In this document: positions 17,860 through 28,288 of the stretch, piece after piece | How the letters are laid out: the number at the start of each line of letters is the position of its first letter | Numbering within the stretch: position 1 is the first letter of the stretch | Source of the DNA: Cytophagales bacterium | Lineage (GTDB): Bacteria > Bacteroidota > Bacteroidia > Cytophagales > UBA9547 | NCBI GenBank assembly: GCA_004294265.1 | Contig: REAG01000118.1 | Coordinates: 1 to 56,490, forward strand | DNA length: 56,490 nucleotides | Reading direction: 5' to 3' | Position numbers and translations under genes: made by a program | Notes under the pieces: generated by a model | Database searches by the model: none | The model's input: the letters and a program-made list of their open reading frames with translations, nothing else | Told to the model about the DNA's origin: nothing

Positions 17860-18786
17860 TTGAAGATTTACAAAGGCTTAGATTTTGACTTTTTTTCTAA
17901 TGGATGCGTTGCAACTATTGGAATTTTTGATGGCGTTCATAGTGCTCATTTAATTTTATTAAAAAAATTAAGATTAAATTCGGCTAAATATAATTTACCA
18001 TCAGTTATTATTACTTTTTGGCCTCATCCAAGAAGCATTTTACAACCTAATATCGAACTTCAATTTTTAACAACGCCCTCAGAAAAATATTCATTAATTG
18101 AAAAAACGGGTTTAGTGGATGCAATTATAGAAATACCTTTTTCACTAGAATTTTCGGAAATTTCAGCACAAAAATTTATAGAAAACATACTTTTAGATAA
18201 GCTAAAAATAAAAGCTTTGATATTAGGATATGACCATCATTTTGGTAAAAATAGAGAAGGAAATATTCGTTTTTTTGATTTCAAAAACTATTCTTTTGAG
18301 GTTTTGGAAATAGAAAAGCAAACCTTAAATAACAATACCATAAATTCTTCTAATATAAGAAAATTACTAAACGATGGAGATATAGAAAATGCCAATTTGT
18401 TACTTGGTCGTTCGTTTTCGATAAAAGGAATTGTGGAAGAGGGAAAAAAAATTGGACGAACTTTAGGATTTCCTACAGCAAATATTAAAACAAGTTTAAT
18501 AGAGAAAATCTACCCTAAAGGAGTTTTTTTAGTTCATGTATTTGTAAGAAACTCTAAATATAATGGTTTATTAAATATCGGAATAAGACCAACCATAGAT
18601 GGATTAAAACTTACAGTAGAAGTTCATATTTTAGATTTTAATTTAAGTATTTATGACGAGGAAATTGAAGTTTATTTAATACAAAAAATAAGAGAAGAAC
18701 AAAAATTTGATTCACTAGGTAGCTTGAAAAACCAAATTATTGAAGATAAAAAATTAGCATTATTATTACTTGAAACCAACTATTGA
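17860..18786 (+). CDS. ribF: Bifunctional riboflavin kinase / FMN adenylyltransferase
   Basis: 308 aa. ATIGIFDGVHSAH (FAD synthetase) and GRTLGFPTANI (riboflavin kinase). The only in-frame start near the N-terminus is TTG at 17860. Confidence 0.9.
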   Translation: MKIYKGLDFDFFSNGCVATIGIFDGVHSAHLILLKKLRLNSAKYNLPSVIITFWPHPRSILQPNIELQFLTTPSEKYSLIEKTGLVDAIIEIPFSLEFSEISAQKFIENILLDKLKIKALILGYDHHFGKNREGNIRFFDFKNYSFEVLEIEKQTLNNNTINSSNIRKLLNDGDIENANLLLGRSFSIKGIVEEGKKIGRTLGFPTANIKTSLIEKIYPKGVFLVHVFVRNSKYNGLLNIGIRPTIDGLKLTVEVHILDFNLSIYDEEIEVYLIQKIREEQKFDSLGSLKNQIIEDKKLALLLLETNY

Positions 18787-19960
18787 TTTAAAAGATTTTT
18801 TATATCATCTGCCATCAGATAAAATTGCAAATCAACCTAATGAAAAAAGGGATGAAAGTAAGTTATTGTTTTTTAAAAAAAGTGCTGGAATTGAAAAACA
18901 TATTTTTAATAATATTTCTAATTTATTACCAAAAAAAAGTAATTTAATATTTAATGACTCAAAAGTATTTCCTGCACGGCTTATTTTTAAGAAACTTTCT
19001 GGAAGTAAAATAGAGATTTTTTGTTTAGAATCTAAAAGCAACATTACTTTTAAAGATGGTTTTTATCATGCTGAATGGCTTTGTATGGTTGGTAATCTAA
19101 AAAAGTGGAAAGAAGAAGTTTTAGAGATAAAGAAAGAAAATATTATTTTAAAAGCCTCATATATTACTAAAATTAATTCAGAAAATATCATAGAATTTGC
19201 TTGGCAGGGAACCGAAAATGTTTTTGAAGTATTTGAAAAATTAGCAGAATTGCCACTTCCTCCCTACATGAATCGAAAAGCAAACGCAAATGACCAATTG
19301 CGTTATCAAACCGTTTATGCTCAAAATAAAGGCTCTGTGGCGGCTCCAACAGCTGGTTTGCATTTTACTCTTGAAGTGTTATCATCTATAATTAAAAATA
19401 ATCATTTAATTCAATATCTTACTTTGCACGTGGGGGCTGGCACCTTCAAACCCATCAAAACAACTGATATTCAAGCACATGAAATGCATACAGAGCATTT
19501 TTCGATTTCAAAAGATTTAATTCAAAGTATTATTGAAAATCCTAATGTAGTTGCAGTTGGCACAACGAGTATGCGTGTTTTGGAAAGTTTATATTGGATT
19601 GGTAATAAATTATATAAAAACTTAGAATTTCAAAATATTCATATTAATCAATGGGATGGTTTCGAAAATGATTTTAATATCTTAAATTTTGAAGATTCTT
19701 TAAAAGCTATTTTAAAATATTTAGATTTCCATAAACTTCAATTTCTTGCCGGAACAACTTCAATTTTAATAATTCCAGGCTATAAATTTAAAATTTGTAA
19801 AGGATTGGTAACTAATTTTCATCAACCTGAAAGTACGTTAATTTTACTTGTTGCAGCTTTTGTGGGCGAAAAATGGAAGGAAATTTATAATTTTGCTTTG
19901 GAAAATGATTTTAAATTTTTAAGCTATGGCGATAGTTCATTGTTATTGCCAAATGACTAA
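18770..19960 (+). CDS. queA: S-adenosylmethionine:tRNA ribosyltransferase-isomerase
   Basis: 396 aa with LKDFLYHLPSDKIANQP, LPPYM, GSVAAPTAGLHFT and NFHQPESTL. TTG start overlaps ribF by 17 nt. Confidence 0.9.
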   Translation: MKPTIDLKDFLYHLPSDKIANQPNEKRDESKLLFFKKSAGIEKHIFNNISNLLPKKSNLIFNDSKVFPARLIFKKLSGSKIEIFCLESKSNITFKDGFYHAEWLCMVGNLKKWKEEVLEIKKENIILKASYITKINSENIIEFAWQGTENVFEVFEKLAELPLPPYMNRKANANDQLRYQTVYAQNKGSVAAPTAGLHFTLEVLSSIIKNNHLIQYLTLHVGAGTFKPIKTTDIQAHEMHTEHFSISKDLIQSIIENPNVVAVGTTSMRVLESLYWIGNKLYKNLEFQNIHINQWDGFENDFNILNFEDSLKAILKYLDFHKLQFLAGTTSILIIPGYKFKICKGLVTNFHQPESTLILLVAAFVGEKWKEIYNFALENDFKFLSYGDSSLLLPND

Positions 19961-20610
19961 ATTTTAAATTTAATATAATTTATTTTCTTACCTTCAGCTA
20001 AAAAGATTCTTTCATACTTCGTTTGAATACCTTGATGATCGTTTAAAAAATCAGAACTATATAAATCAAAAGTATAAGCTAATTCTCGATGCGGGTATTC
20101 TTTTAATATTTCAAGTGTAAAATCTGTTAATTCACGGCTGTCGGTTTTTAAATGAATAAATCCATCTTTTTTAAGAAATTGTTTGTATAAATCTAAAAAT
20201 CGAGGATGCGTAAGGCGTTGTTTTTCACGGCTTTCTTTCAGTTGCGGATCTGGAAATGTAATCCAAATTTCATCCACTTCATCTTTTTGAAAAAACTCTA
20301 AAATGTACTCTATTCTGCATCTAAGAAAAGCAACATTTGTAAGATTAAGTTCTTTTGCTTCTGTACTTCCTTTAAAAATTCTTGCTCCTTTTATATCAGT
20401 TCCAATGAAATTTTTATTTGAAAATTGCTTTGCTAATCCTACAGAATATTCACCATTTCCACAACCAATTTCTACTGTAATAGGTTGATTATCAGCAAAT
20501 TGAAGTTTGTTCCATTGTCCTTTTATGGTTTTATAAAGTTCTTTTCCTTCTTGAATTACATTAAAGCTTTGCTCATTGGCAGCAAATCTTTTTAATTTAT
20601 TTTTACCCAT
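19957..20610 (-). CDS. trmB: tRNA (guanine-N7)-methyltransferase
   Basis: 217 aa with VEIGCGNGEY, GTDIKG and ITFPDPQLK. Confidence 0.9.
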   Translation of the reverse strand: MGKNKLKRFAANEQSFNVIQEGKELYKTIKGQWNKLQFADNQPITVEIGCGNGEYSVGLAKQFSNKNFIGTDIKGARIFKGSTEAKELNLTNVAFLRCRIEYILEFFQKDEVDEIWITFPDPQLKESREKQRLTHPRFLDLYKQFLKKDGFIHLKTDSRELTDFTLEILKEYPHRELAYTFDLYSSDFLNDHQGIQTKYERIFLAEGKKINYIKFKI

Positions 20611-20657
20611 TCAAATAAAGTTTTATGGAATTAAATTATATTTATTTTGGTAATAAT

Positions 20658-21272
20658 TTAATATTTATAACCATATAACTTTTCAATTTTTGATTTTTTA
20701 ATATATGCCATTTTTATAGACATTTTTATATCAGAATATGGTCTATCCATTTGATTTTTAGGCTGCTCTGCAATTTTTGAAATTACCTCTAAACCTTTGA
20801 TTATCAAACCAAAAACGGTGTAATTATTATCTAAAAAATGAGTTCCTTCTTTATTTTCAACAATATAAAACTGGCATCCACTTGATTCTTTTTTAGGATT
20901 TCCACCATCGCCCATTCTTGCTGCAGCAATTGCTCCAAAATTATGAGTAAATTTTTTATTAAATTCAGCTGGAATTGTATAGCCATTGCTACCCATTCCG
21001 TCATTATTTGGGTCTGAATCTTTTGAATTAATATCTCCACCTTGAATCATAAAACCTTTAATTATTCGATGAAAAGTGGTGCTATCATAAAATTTTGAAT
21101 CAGTTAATTTGATAAAATTTGCTTTATGAAGAGGCGTGCTATCGTGCAAAATAGCAATCATTTCGCCAAATTTTGTAGTTATTGTAAACACATAATCTTT
21201 CTTTTTAGGTTTTGAAAACGATAAAAAGCTGACTGAAACTAAAAGTGGTACTATAAATTTGATATTTTTCAT
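20658..21272 (-). CDS. Cyclophilin-type peptidyl-prolyl cis-trans isomerase, secreted
   Basis: 204 aa with a signal peptide, FHRIIKGFMIQGGD, SGCQFYIV and YTVFG. Confidence 0.9.
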   Translation of the reverse strand: MKNIKFIVPLLVSVSFLSFSKPKKKDYVFTITTKFGEMIAILHDSTPLHKANFIKLTDSKFYDSTTFHRIIKGFMIQGGDINSKDSDPNNDGMGSNGYTIPAEFNKKFTHNFGAIAAARMGDGGNPKKESSGCQFYIVENKEGTHFLDNNYTVFGLIIKGLEVISKIAEQPKNQMDRPYSDIKMSIKMAYIKKSKIEKLYGYKY

Positions 21273-21339
21273 ATTCTATTAATGTAAATCTAAGCACAAA
21301 AATCAATAAAAAAAGCGTGAAAATCAAATCACTTTTAAT

Positions 21340-21486
21340 TATTTTAATAGAATAGTACATTTAAATACATTTCAAAAGTAAAACACAAATATTTCTTTCA
21401 AAACTTCATTAATTATCTTTTCTCAAGGGCAAAAGAGGTCAAAAAACGTAGTTTTTTGTGTATTTGGTAATTAAATGGGCTGTTTC
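21340..21486. repeat. Decayed copy of the hairpin-core MITE seen at 56224-56363
   Basis: Shares AAAAGTAAAACACAAATATTTCTTTCAAAAC, CAAAAAACGTAGTTTTTTG and the terminus TAATTAAATGGGCTGTTTCA (compare TAGTTAAGTGGGCTTTTCTA). The GC hairpin is eroded. Confidence 0.5.
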
Positions 21487-21850
21487 AATTATTTTTTTAT
21501 AACTTATTGATAATCAATACTTTACGTGAAATAAATTTATAGATATTTTGACGTCAAGTTAATATTAAGATTTACCAATTTAATCAATTTTCGTTGGTAT
21601 GGTATTGTCAATTATACTAAACAAAAAATGACAAAAGGAATACTTGATATCACAAATTTTTAAATTTGATTAGAAAAAAATAAAGCAAGGGGTTTTAGTA
21701 ATATTAATAATTTTATCAACATGATTTACTTCATTGCTGGTAAACTAAAATTTTATCTTCCAAAATATTTCACAAAAAACCACTTTTGTTATAAAGATTC
21801 ATACTTTAAAACTTTATAAAATATGTATAAACTAACTAAGATTTTATAAA

Positions 21851-23407
21851 CTACTTATCTACTGTTTTGATTTCAAAAACGGAATTATTTTTAAAATCAA
21901 TATTTTTCGATTTGGTTATCAAAGCAGGAGCAAATTTTGGTGCAGATGAGGCAAAATCGCTAAATGTAATCGAAAAACTTGAACCGTTAATTACCTCTAA
22001 TCCATGTGTGTAAAAATCAGGTACCGAGCCAATAAACTTTGCAGAAACCGAATTTAAACGCACTTTATCAATGTTTTGAAAAAGCATTGCAGGTAAATCT
22101 CTTTTAAAAATATTAGTCGAAAAATCTGGCGTTGGTCGCAAATCTATGTTTCCACCAAAGGCAGCTACATTTTTACCATTTGCAACTTCTATTTTAAAAT
22201 TATCAAAACCGATATTACTAACTTTACCTATTTCGTTTGCCCAAACCACAATTCCTGTTTCTGATTTTATTTTAAAATTTTTGAAATTAATGTCTTTTAT
22301 AGTTCCATTAACAGAATCTTTTGTGATCGGACACGAAGAAATATGAATTGGTTCTCCCCTGCCCCACCAGGTTCCGCCTTGGTGTTTTGTTTCGATTAAA
22401 AAATTGTCAAAAACCAAATTTTCTACACTTCCTCGCTCACGTGCATTCATTAAAATTCCACGATTAGAGTTATAAATTACCATATTAGAAAAAATACAAT
22501 TACGAACATTTCCACGTCCATATCCGATACGAATACCTGCCGAATTTGATTTTAAAACACAATTTGTTGCCACAACATTTTCTGCATTTCCAGTTTTATT
22601 ACCGTATTTATACGTTTTTTTAACAGCACCATACGAAGCATTATCAATATTGATTTCATCGCCAAAGCCTGAAACAATTAAGGCATCATCACCAGCTTCT
22701 ACGTTGCAATTTGCAATTCTTACATTTCTCGAAATAGTGATATGAATACCATCGCTATTTGGAACCAAAGGATTGTTTAAAATCGAAATGCCATCAACCA
22801 ACACATTTTGGCAATCGCCAATACGAATTGTCCAACCTGGTGCATCCACAAATCTTACACCTGTCAATTTTACATTTTCAGAATGCATGATAACAAACAC
22901 CATATCAGGACGTTTATCAAAAAAAATTGGTCCATCAGTAGGTTTTAAGGCATCAAAAAATCCTTGTCCAGAACGCACATATTTTTTATCAAAATCAATA
23001 TATGTATGCAATTTTGTTGGGTCGAAATAATTTACTGCATTTGCATTTATCTCGCCTTCGCCTGTTAAAGCAACATTGATTAAATCTTCGCCATAAAACA
23101 TTCCTCGTGTGATACCATCGAGTTTGTAATCAGCAATATTTGAACTACCTTTTAATACCGAACCTGTTTCTAAATTTAGATTTATGTTGCTTCGCAATTG
23201 CAAAGTGCCTGTAACAAATGTTCCTTTTGGAAAATAAACCGTTCCGCCACCTATTTTACTACACGAATCTATGGCTTTTTGAATGGCTTTTGTGTTTACA
23301 GTTTTTCCATCAGCAATAGCTCCAAAACTAGTAATATCTAGTTTTTGAGCAAAAGTTTGAATGCTTACAAATAAGATTGCAAATAATATTTTTGATAAAT
23401 GCATCAT
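21851..23407 (-). CDS. Secreted right-handed beta-helix protein, glycoside hydrolase family 28 / pectate-lyase-superfamily like
   Basis: 518 aa with a signal peptide. N-terminal DITSFGAIADGKTVNTKAIQKAIDSC..GGGTVYFPKGTF, then repeated beta-helix turns with NSDGIH and GDDALIV. Confidence 0.7.
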   Translation of the reverse strand: MMHLSKILFAILFVSIQTFAQKLDITSFGAIADGKTVNTKAIQKAIDSCSKIGGGTVYFPKGTFVTGTLQLRSNINLNLETGSVLKGSSNIADYKLDGITRGMFYGEDLINVALTGEGEINANAVNYFDPTKLHTYIDFDKKYVRSGQGFFDALKPTDGPIFFDKRPDMVFVIMHSENVKLTGVRFVDAPGWTIRIGDCQNVLVDGISILNNPLVPNSDGIHITISRNVRIANCNVEAGDDALIVSGFGDEINIDNASYGAVKKTYKYGNKTGNAENVVATNCVLKSNSAGIRIGYGRGNVRNCIFSNMVIYNSNRGILMNARERGSVENLVFDNFLIETKHQGGTWWGRGEPIHISSCPITKDSVNGTIKDINFKNFKIKSETGIVVWANEIGKVSNIGFDNFKIEVANGKNVAAFGGNIDLRPTPDFSTNIFKRDLPAMLFQNIDKVRLNSVSAKFIGSVPDFYTHGLEVINGSSFSITFSDFASSAPKFAPALITKSKNIDFKNNSVFEIKTVDK

Positions 23408-23894
23408 GTTTTTAAAATTGTATTTATATATTATTTTTACTGTTATCCAACAAACTTTTTTAATAAAAAAATTATATTAGAAATTACAAATAGCTAAATT
23501 TTGACATTTCGCTATTATTCGTAATTTTAAAAGTTCTTCAACTAAATAAAATAACGATGCAATAAACAAAATTATCTTGAATTTATCAATTACTTTCCTT
23601 AATTCAAATAGATATTATAGATAAGTGCTTTCAAGAGTGCGAATCTGACAAATACTATAAAAATTTTAGATTCAACGCACAAATGCAAATATAGGTCAAA
23701 AGCTATCAAAACGTATTTTATTGAAAAAATATTTTTAATCTAAACACTTTACCATTTGATAACTTAAACAATTTTTATCGAATAAATTTATATTTTAAAA
23801 ATTAAAAAAATAATAACGCACTAATGGTTTATTGTGAATAAAATATTACTAATTTGAAAATAATCAAACCAATAATAAAATTATTAATATATTT

Positions 23895-25409
23895 TTGTTA
23901 GTGATTATAAAATTAATAATTCAATTTTTACTTTTTTCAACACTTTGTTTTTCTCAAACCGCTATTCCAGACGGACTGAAATTAGTTGAATATAATGCTT
24001 CATATAATCCTATTTTGGGTTTAGAAACTTCGCCAGACGAAAAATTATTGTGCGTAAGTAGCTATGGAGGGCGATTTTATATGGTTAATATTGAAAATAA
24101 AATTTCAAAAAGTGCTTTTGACCAAGGAGAGAAATTACTTTGGAAAATAAATTTGGCGGGATTTAAAAATGGAGCGAAACCAATTTTTTCGGCAGATGGA
24201 AAATATGTTATTTTAAAACACGTTTACAACAAAGAATACATTACAAAATATAAATCAACTGAATGTGTGGTTGTAGAATCAGCCACTGGAAAAATTGTTT
24301 TGGAGCGAAAAAATGGCGTTTTAAGTGCCGCTTTTGCTAACTCTAATACTTTAATTATTGCCACAGATGAAAACTTAGAGTGGATAGATTTATCAACATT
24401 AAAAATAATTAGAACCATCGAAATGCCTGAAGCTGAGGCAATTGCAACCAATAAATCAGGTACAATCATGGCGGTTTCTTACATTCCAACAAAGGCAGAG
24501 TTTGCCAATTTGAAATCTATAGACAACAGAAAGCGTGAATTAAAAATAGCTAAAAAGAACAAAAGATTAATTGAATTTTTTAGTTTGCCTGATATGCAAA
24601 CCATTTCGATTGTAGAGGATGAATTAGATATCGTCTTTAGAATGAAATTTGCAGATGATGATAAATATTTATTTTTTTTAAGCCGCCCACGAACAAATCG
24701 TAATTCAAAAGATGATCAAAGACAGGAGTCATCTGCAAGCACATTGGCTGCTATTCATATCATGCGAATTGACCCACAAACGGGTGTGCTTGATCGTAAA
24801 TTTTATTACCGAACTAATTGGACAAATGCTGATTTTGGATTAAATTCAGATAAAAATAAATTTGGAGTTGCAAATACGATGATGATTAATAACTCTTTTT
24901 TTGGCTTTAAAATGGGCTTAGAGTTGTATGATTACAACAATCAAGATAAGCTTGAAGCCTCAATGGCAACAAAATTTAGATTATTTAAAAAAAATGCGTT
25001 GCCTTATCCTTTTGCGTTTTTAAAAAATAGTACTTTAGCCTACATTGGAATCAACCAAAATTTATATCTTTGGGATTATAATAAACTCAAAAACCATACT
25101 TTTAATTCTCTAAATACTGATGATGATATGGTTATAGAGTCTGTATCCAATCAAATTGATAGTTTAATAAAAATGGAAGATTTTAAGAAAACTAGTGCAA
25201 ATTTAAAACTTTCTGGCATATATTCTTACGATATAACTCTGATAAAAAAAGGACAAGTTCTTACTGTTTTTTCTGTTTCAGATGAAGCAACCGATATAAA
25301 GAGTTATAATTTTTTGCTAAATTATTTAAAGACATTAAAATTTGAAAATATTAAAATCGAAAAAGATAAACGAATAAAATTCAAGTACGATTTTAATTTT
25401 GAAGAGTAA
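23895..25409 (+). CDS. Secreted hypothetical protein, probable WD40/TolB-like beta-propeller
   Basis: 504 aa. Non-ATG start (TTG 23895 or GTG 23901), signal peptide ending CFSQ, repeated S.DGKY/..S.. strand patterns. I recognise no family. Confidence 0.55.
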   Translation: MLVIIKLIIQFLLFSTLCFSQTAIPDGLKLVEYNASYNPILGLETSPDEKLLCVSSYGGRFYMVNIENKISKSAFDQGEKLLWKINLAGFKNGAKPIFSADGKYVILKHVYNKEYITKYKSTECVVVESATGKIVLERKNGVLSAAFANSNTLIIATDENLEWIDLSTLKIIRTIEMPEAEAIATNKSGTIMAVSYIPTKAEFANLKSIDNRKRELKIAKKNKRLIEFFSLPDMQTISIVEDELDIVFRMKFADDDKYLFFLSRPRTNRNSKDDQRQESSASTLAAIHIMRIDPQTGVLDRKFYYRTNWTNADFGLNSDKNKFGVANTMMINNSFFGFKMGLELYDYNNQDKLEASMATKFRLFKKNALPYPFAFLKNSTLAYIGINQNLYLWDYNKLKNHTFNSLNTDDDMVIESVSNQIDSLIKMEDFKKTSANLKLSGIYSYDITLIKKGQVLTVFSVSDEATDIKSYNFLLNYLKTLKFENIKIEKDKRIKFKYDFNFEE

Positions 25410-25442
25410 TCAATTCACGCTTAACTATAAACAAATACAAAA

Positions 25443-27239
25443 ATGAAAAAACAAATTTTAACAGGTTTTACCGCATCCATGATGGCTTTGGGTGCATTTG
25501 CACAAGAAGATATGGCAACTACATGGATGAAAAATCCAGACCACAAAATACTTTGGAAAGGCAAAGGTGAGCAAGTGGGCGTTATTTACACGGCATCTAA
25601 AAAAGAAATGACCGTTTATAATCCTACAACTGGCGATATGGTTTGGAACAAAGAATTCAAAACGATGGCTCCTAAATTCAAAAGTGTAGATGAGATAATT
25701 CCAATGTGGGATGCCAAAGTTTTTTTTATTTTTAACAGAAGAGGTGGACTTGGTTTGGGTTTTGGTATTAAATTAGATGTTGCTGGCGATATGCTTGTTG
25801 TGGCTGATATGAACACGGGCGAACCGCTTTGGAGTTCGGAAGAGTTTGAAGGAATAACGGATGAAAACGTAATTTATGTGCCTGAAGCTGAGGCTTTTAT
25901 GATTACTACCAAAAAAGCTTTGCATTTTATAAAAGCCAAAACGGGACAAAAAATTTGGGAAACAAGCAAATTTGGTGGTGTAGTAGGTGATTATTATGTA
26001 GATGTTGCCGAAGGTACTATTACAATGCTAAATTACAAACCAGGTTCATTGGCTGCAATTTTTACGTTATTCAAAAATCAAATCATGAAAGTAAATCTTA
26101 AAAATGGCGATGTGATTTGGGATCAAACTTATAGAGGTGCTTTTGAGAAAAAAGTTTATACTGGCGAACCTTTAGCTCGAATTATCAAAAAAGACAATAA
26201 AATATTCTTGACAATCAATGGTTTACAAGTGTTTGAATACTCAACAGGAAAATTAATATGGAGTTCAGCTTATGATGAAACACCAGTAATTAAAGGTCGT
26301 CCAGCTAATGCAATAAAATACGGTATTTATGGAGCGGTTGCCGATCCTATTGTGGTTGGAGAGTTTATTTATATTCTTGATATGCAAAATAAAAGAAAGC
26401 AATTTATAAAAAAATATGAGCTAGAATCTGGCAAATTAGTTTGGACTTCTCCTGAAATTAAAGATGCAAGAGCCATTCCTAACATGTATGAGGTAAATGG
26501 CGTTATTGTTTTGCAAGTGGGTGGAACGGTTGAAGAACAAGGTTATTACAGAAATGTTAGCAGAAGTGCAGACGGAACCACAACAGTAACTTACTATTGG
26601 GAAAAAGATTATATAGAAGTAAAACCGTTTAATGTGCAAGGATTTGATGCCGCTTCTGGCAAAGCACTTTGGGAATCTGAAAGATTTAAGAAAGGAATTA
26701 CCAATATGTTTCCAGATGGAAACGATGTAGTAATATGTTCTGGAAAAGCTTTATATAAATTGGATTCAAAAACTGGAGCCGATAAATATGAAGTTGATAT
26801 TTCTAAAGATGGCGTAAGTCAGGCAAATAAAATATATGAATACAACGATAATGTGGTTATAGTTTGCGACAAAGGACTTACAATCCATAAAAAATCTGAT
26901 GGTTCTTTAATAAAATCAGCTAAATATAAAAGGGCATTGCCTGTGGAGGTTAAATCAAATAATGCATCGGGCGGAGTAAGTTCTGGCAAATCTGGAGCAA
27001 ATAAATTAAGTGGTTTCAAAGGCGATACTTACAGTCAAATTGTGGGAAATTCTATGGCAATGCAAACCAAAGGCGGTGATATTGCGGTTTATAACCTCGA
27101 TAATTGTGTATATAGACAAGTTGATGCCCGCAAAGATGCTGACTTATTACTTTCTGAAGATGGCGAGTATGTGTTTGTATTTGAAACGGGTGGAACATTT
27201 AGCAAATCAAAAATTACTAAATATAAAACTAAGCCTTAA
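25443..27239 (+). CDS. Secreted PQQ-like (BamB-like) beta-propeller repeat protein
   Basis: 598 aa with a signal peptide. Recurrent G(D/E/K)x(V/L/I)W(x)x motifs (TGDMVWNK, TGEPLWSS, TGQKIWET, NGDVIWDQ, TGKLIWSS, SGKLVWTS, SGKALWES). Confidence 0.65.
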   Translation: MKKQILTGFTASMMALGAFAQEDMATTWMKNPDHKILWKGKGEQVGVIYTASKKEMTVYNPTTGDMVWNKEFKTMAPKFKSVDEIIPMWDAKVFFIFNRRGGLGLGFGIKLDVAGDMLVVADMNTGEPLWSSEEFEGITDENVIYVPEAEAFMITTKKALHFIKAKTGQKIWETSKFGGVVGDYYVDVAEGTITMLNYKPGSLAAIFTLFKNQIMKVNLKNGDVIWDQTYRGAFEKKVYTGEPLARIIKKDNKIFLTINGLQVFEYSTGKLIWSSAYDETPVIKGRPANAIKYGIYGAVADPIVVGEFIYILDMQNKRKQFIKKYELESGKLVWTSPEIKDARAIPNMYEVNGVIVLQVGGTVEEQGYYRNVSRSADGTTTVTYYWEKDYIEVKPFNVQGFDAASGKALWESERFKKGITNMFPDGNDVVICSGKALYKLDSKTGADKYEVDISKDGVSQANKIYEYNDNVVIVCDKGLTIHKKSDGSLIKSAKYKRALPVEVKSNNASGGVSSGKSGANKLSGFKGDTYSQIVGNSMAMQTKGGDIAVYNLDNCVYRQVDARKDADLLLSEDGEYVFVFETGGTFSKSKITKYKTKP

Positions 27240-27259
27240 ATTTTATCAATTAATAATTA

Positions 27260-27295
27260 AAAAAAGTCGTGTATTACTCTACACGACTTTTTTTA
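27260..27295 (+). terminator. Rho-independent terminator after the beta-propeller gene pair
   Basis: AAAAAAGTCGTGTA ttactc TACACGACTTTTTTT. Confidence 0.8.
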
Positions 27296-27455
27296 TGGCT
27301 TTGTATTAAAATTGAGTATTAAAAATAATAGTATTTTTTTGAAAATATAAAATCTAAGATTATTAAGACGATTGTCTTTAAAAAACTTAAGAAGACCTCT
27401 AAAATATGTAAAAGGCACTTATTGAATAAAAAAATTAGAATTTTTTACAATTCAT

Positions 27456-27674
27456 TTAAGCAAAAACTAACTTCCCTTTTGGTTTCGGAATTTCTCTACC
27501 CATTAATTTAGCAGTTTCTATCCATTCATTCATAATTATTTCTGCATTAGATAATGCTTCAAAATAACTACTGCCATCTGCTTTATAACCAGACAGCTCC
27601 GGAACTTCTACAATATATAAATCATCTTCAACACTCCAATACATGATTAATTCATATTTTATGTCGTTATTCAT
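27456..27674 (-). CDS. HicB-like antitoxin (short, RNase-H-fold type), no hicA partner
   Basis: 72 aa. Y.LIMYWSVEDDLYIVEVPELSG....G.SYFEAL.NAEIIMNEWIETAKLMGREIPKPKG matches the HicB_lk_antitox/DUF1902 pattern. Confidence 0.75.
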   Translation of the reverse strand: MNNDIKYELIMYWSVEDDLYIVEVPELSGYKADGSSYFEALSNAEIIMNEWIETAKLMGREIPKPKGKLVFA

Positions 27675-28033
27675 ATAATTTATATTTTAAAATTAATTCG
27701 CGAACTTATTTTATTTTGTAATCTAATTTCAATTCTATTAATTAAACATTTTACCATTTCTGATCTTGTTGGAGTTCTTCTCCAACAAGCTACTAAAGAT
27801 ATATTTTCTCTTTTGATAAGTTCTTAATTTCCATGCTTGGTTAAGAATACCAACAAAGGCGAAATTAAATACATCTATTGAAAGTTTTTGGATTAGTATA
27901 ATTTTTCCTGAATTTTCAAAAATTCTCCTCTATTATTTGTTTAATATTCTCTATAAATTGGAGTTCGTAATTTGCAAAAGCAATACCATCTAGTTTTTTA
28001 AAAAATAAATACTTCAAAAGATTCAGAAAATAA

Positions 28034-28288
28034 TCACTTTATGAGTCTTTCATATTCTTGATGATTTCCAATCCAAAACCAAACTATATTTTCTTCAATT
28101 TCAATTCCTAATGCCCTGTATTCTAAACCTACTCTAACAGATCTATAATTCTTTACTTTTTTATAGTGAAGCGAAGGATGGGATGAATTAACTTTCAGGA
28201 TTTCAAAATTTTTGTCTGCTATTTTTTGAATTTCAGGAGGTAAAGTATTGTATGCATCCCAAAACGAAGAAGAAGCAAAATGTTTCAC
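28034..28288 (-). CDS. RelE/ParE-superfamily toxin (ParE-like)
   Basis: 84 aa. FWDAYNTLPPEIQKIADKNFEILKVNSSHPSLHYKKV...RSVRVGLEYRALGIEIEENIVWFWIGNHQEYERL is typical of ParE-like toxins. Overlaps the upstream small gene by 4 nt. Confidence 0.75.
   Translation of the reverse strand: MKHFASSSFWDAYNTLPPEIQKIADKNFEILKVNSSHPSLHYKKVKNYRSVRVGLEYRALGIEIEENIVWFWIGNHQEYERLIK

Noticed and set aside
27010-27309. 99-aa plus-strand ORF overlapping the end of the 598-aa gene
   Set aside because: It is out of frame within the propeller gene and runs through the terminator hairpin at 27260-27295, so it is not credible as a gene. The same applies to 36947-37141 (minus) and 46403-46687 (plus).
27675-27900. Possible hicA toxin remnant upstream of the intact hicB
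   Set aside because: None of the three minus-strand frames shows the HicA GSH...P.H...L..ILKQAG pattern. The only ATG-initiated frame stops after 13 codons. It is kept only as unassigned debris in the findings.
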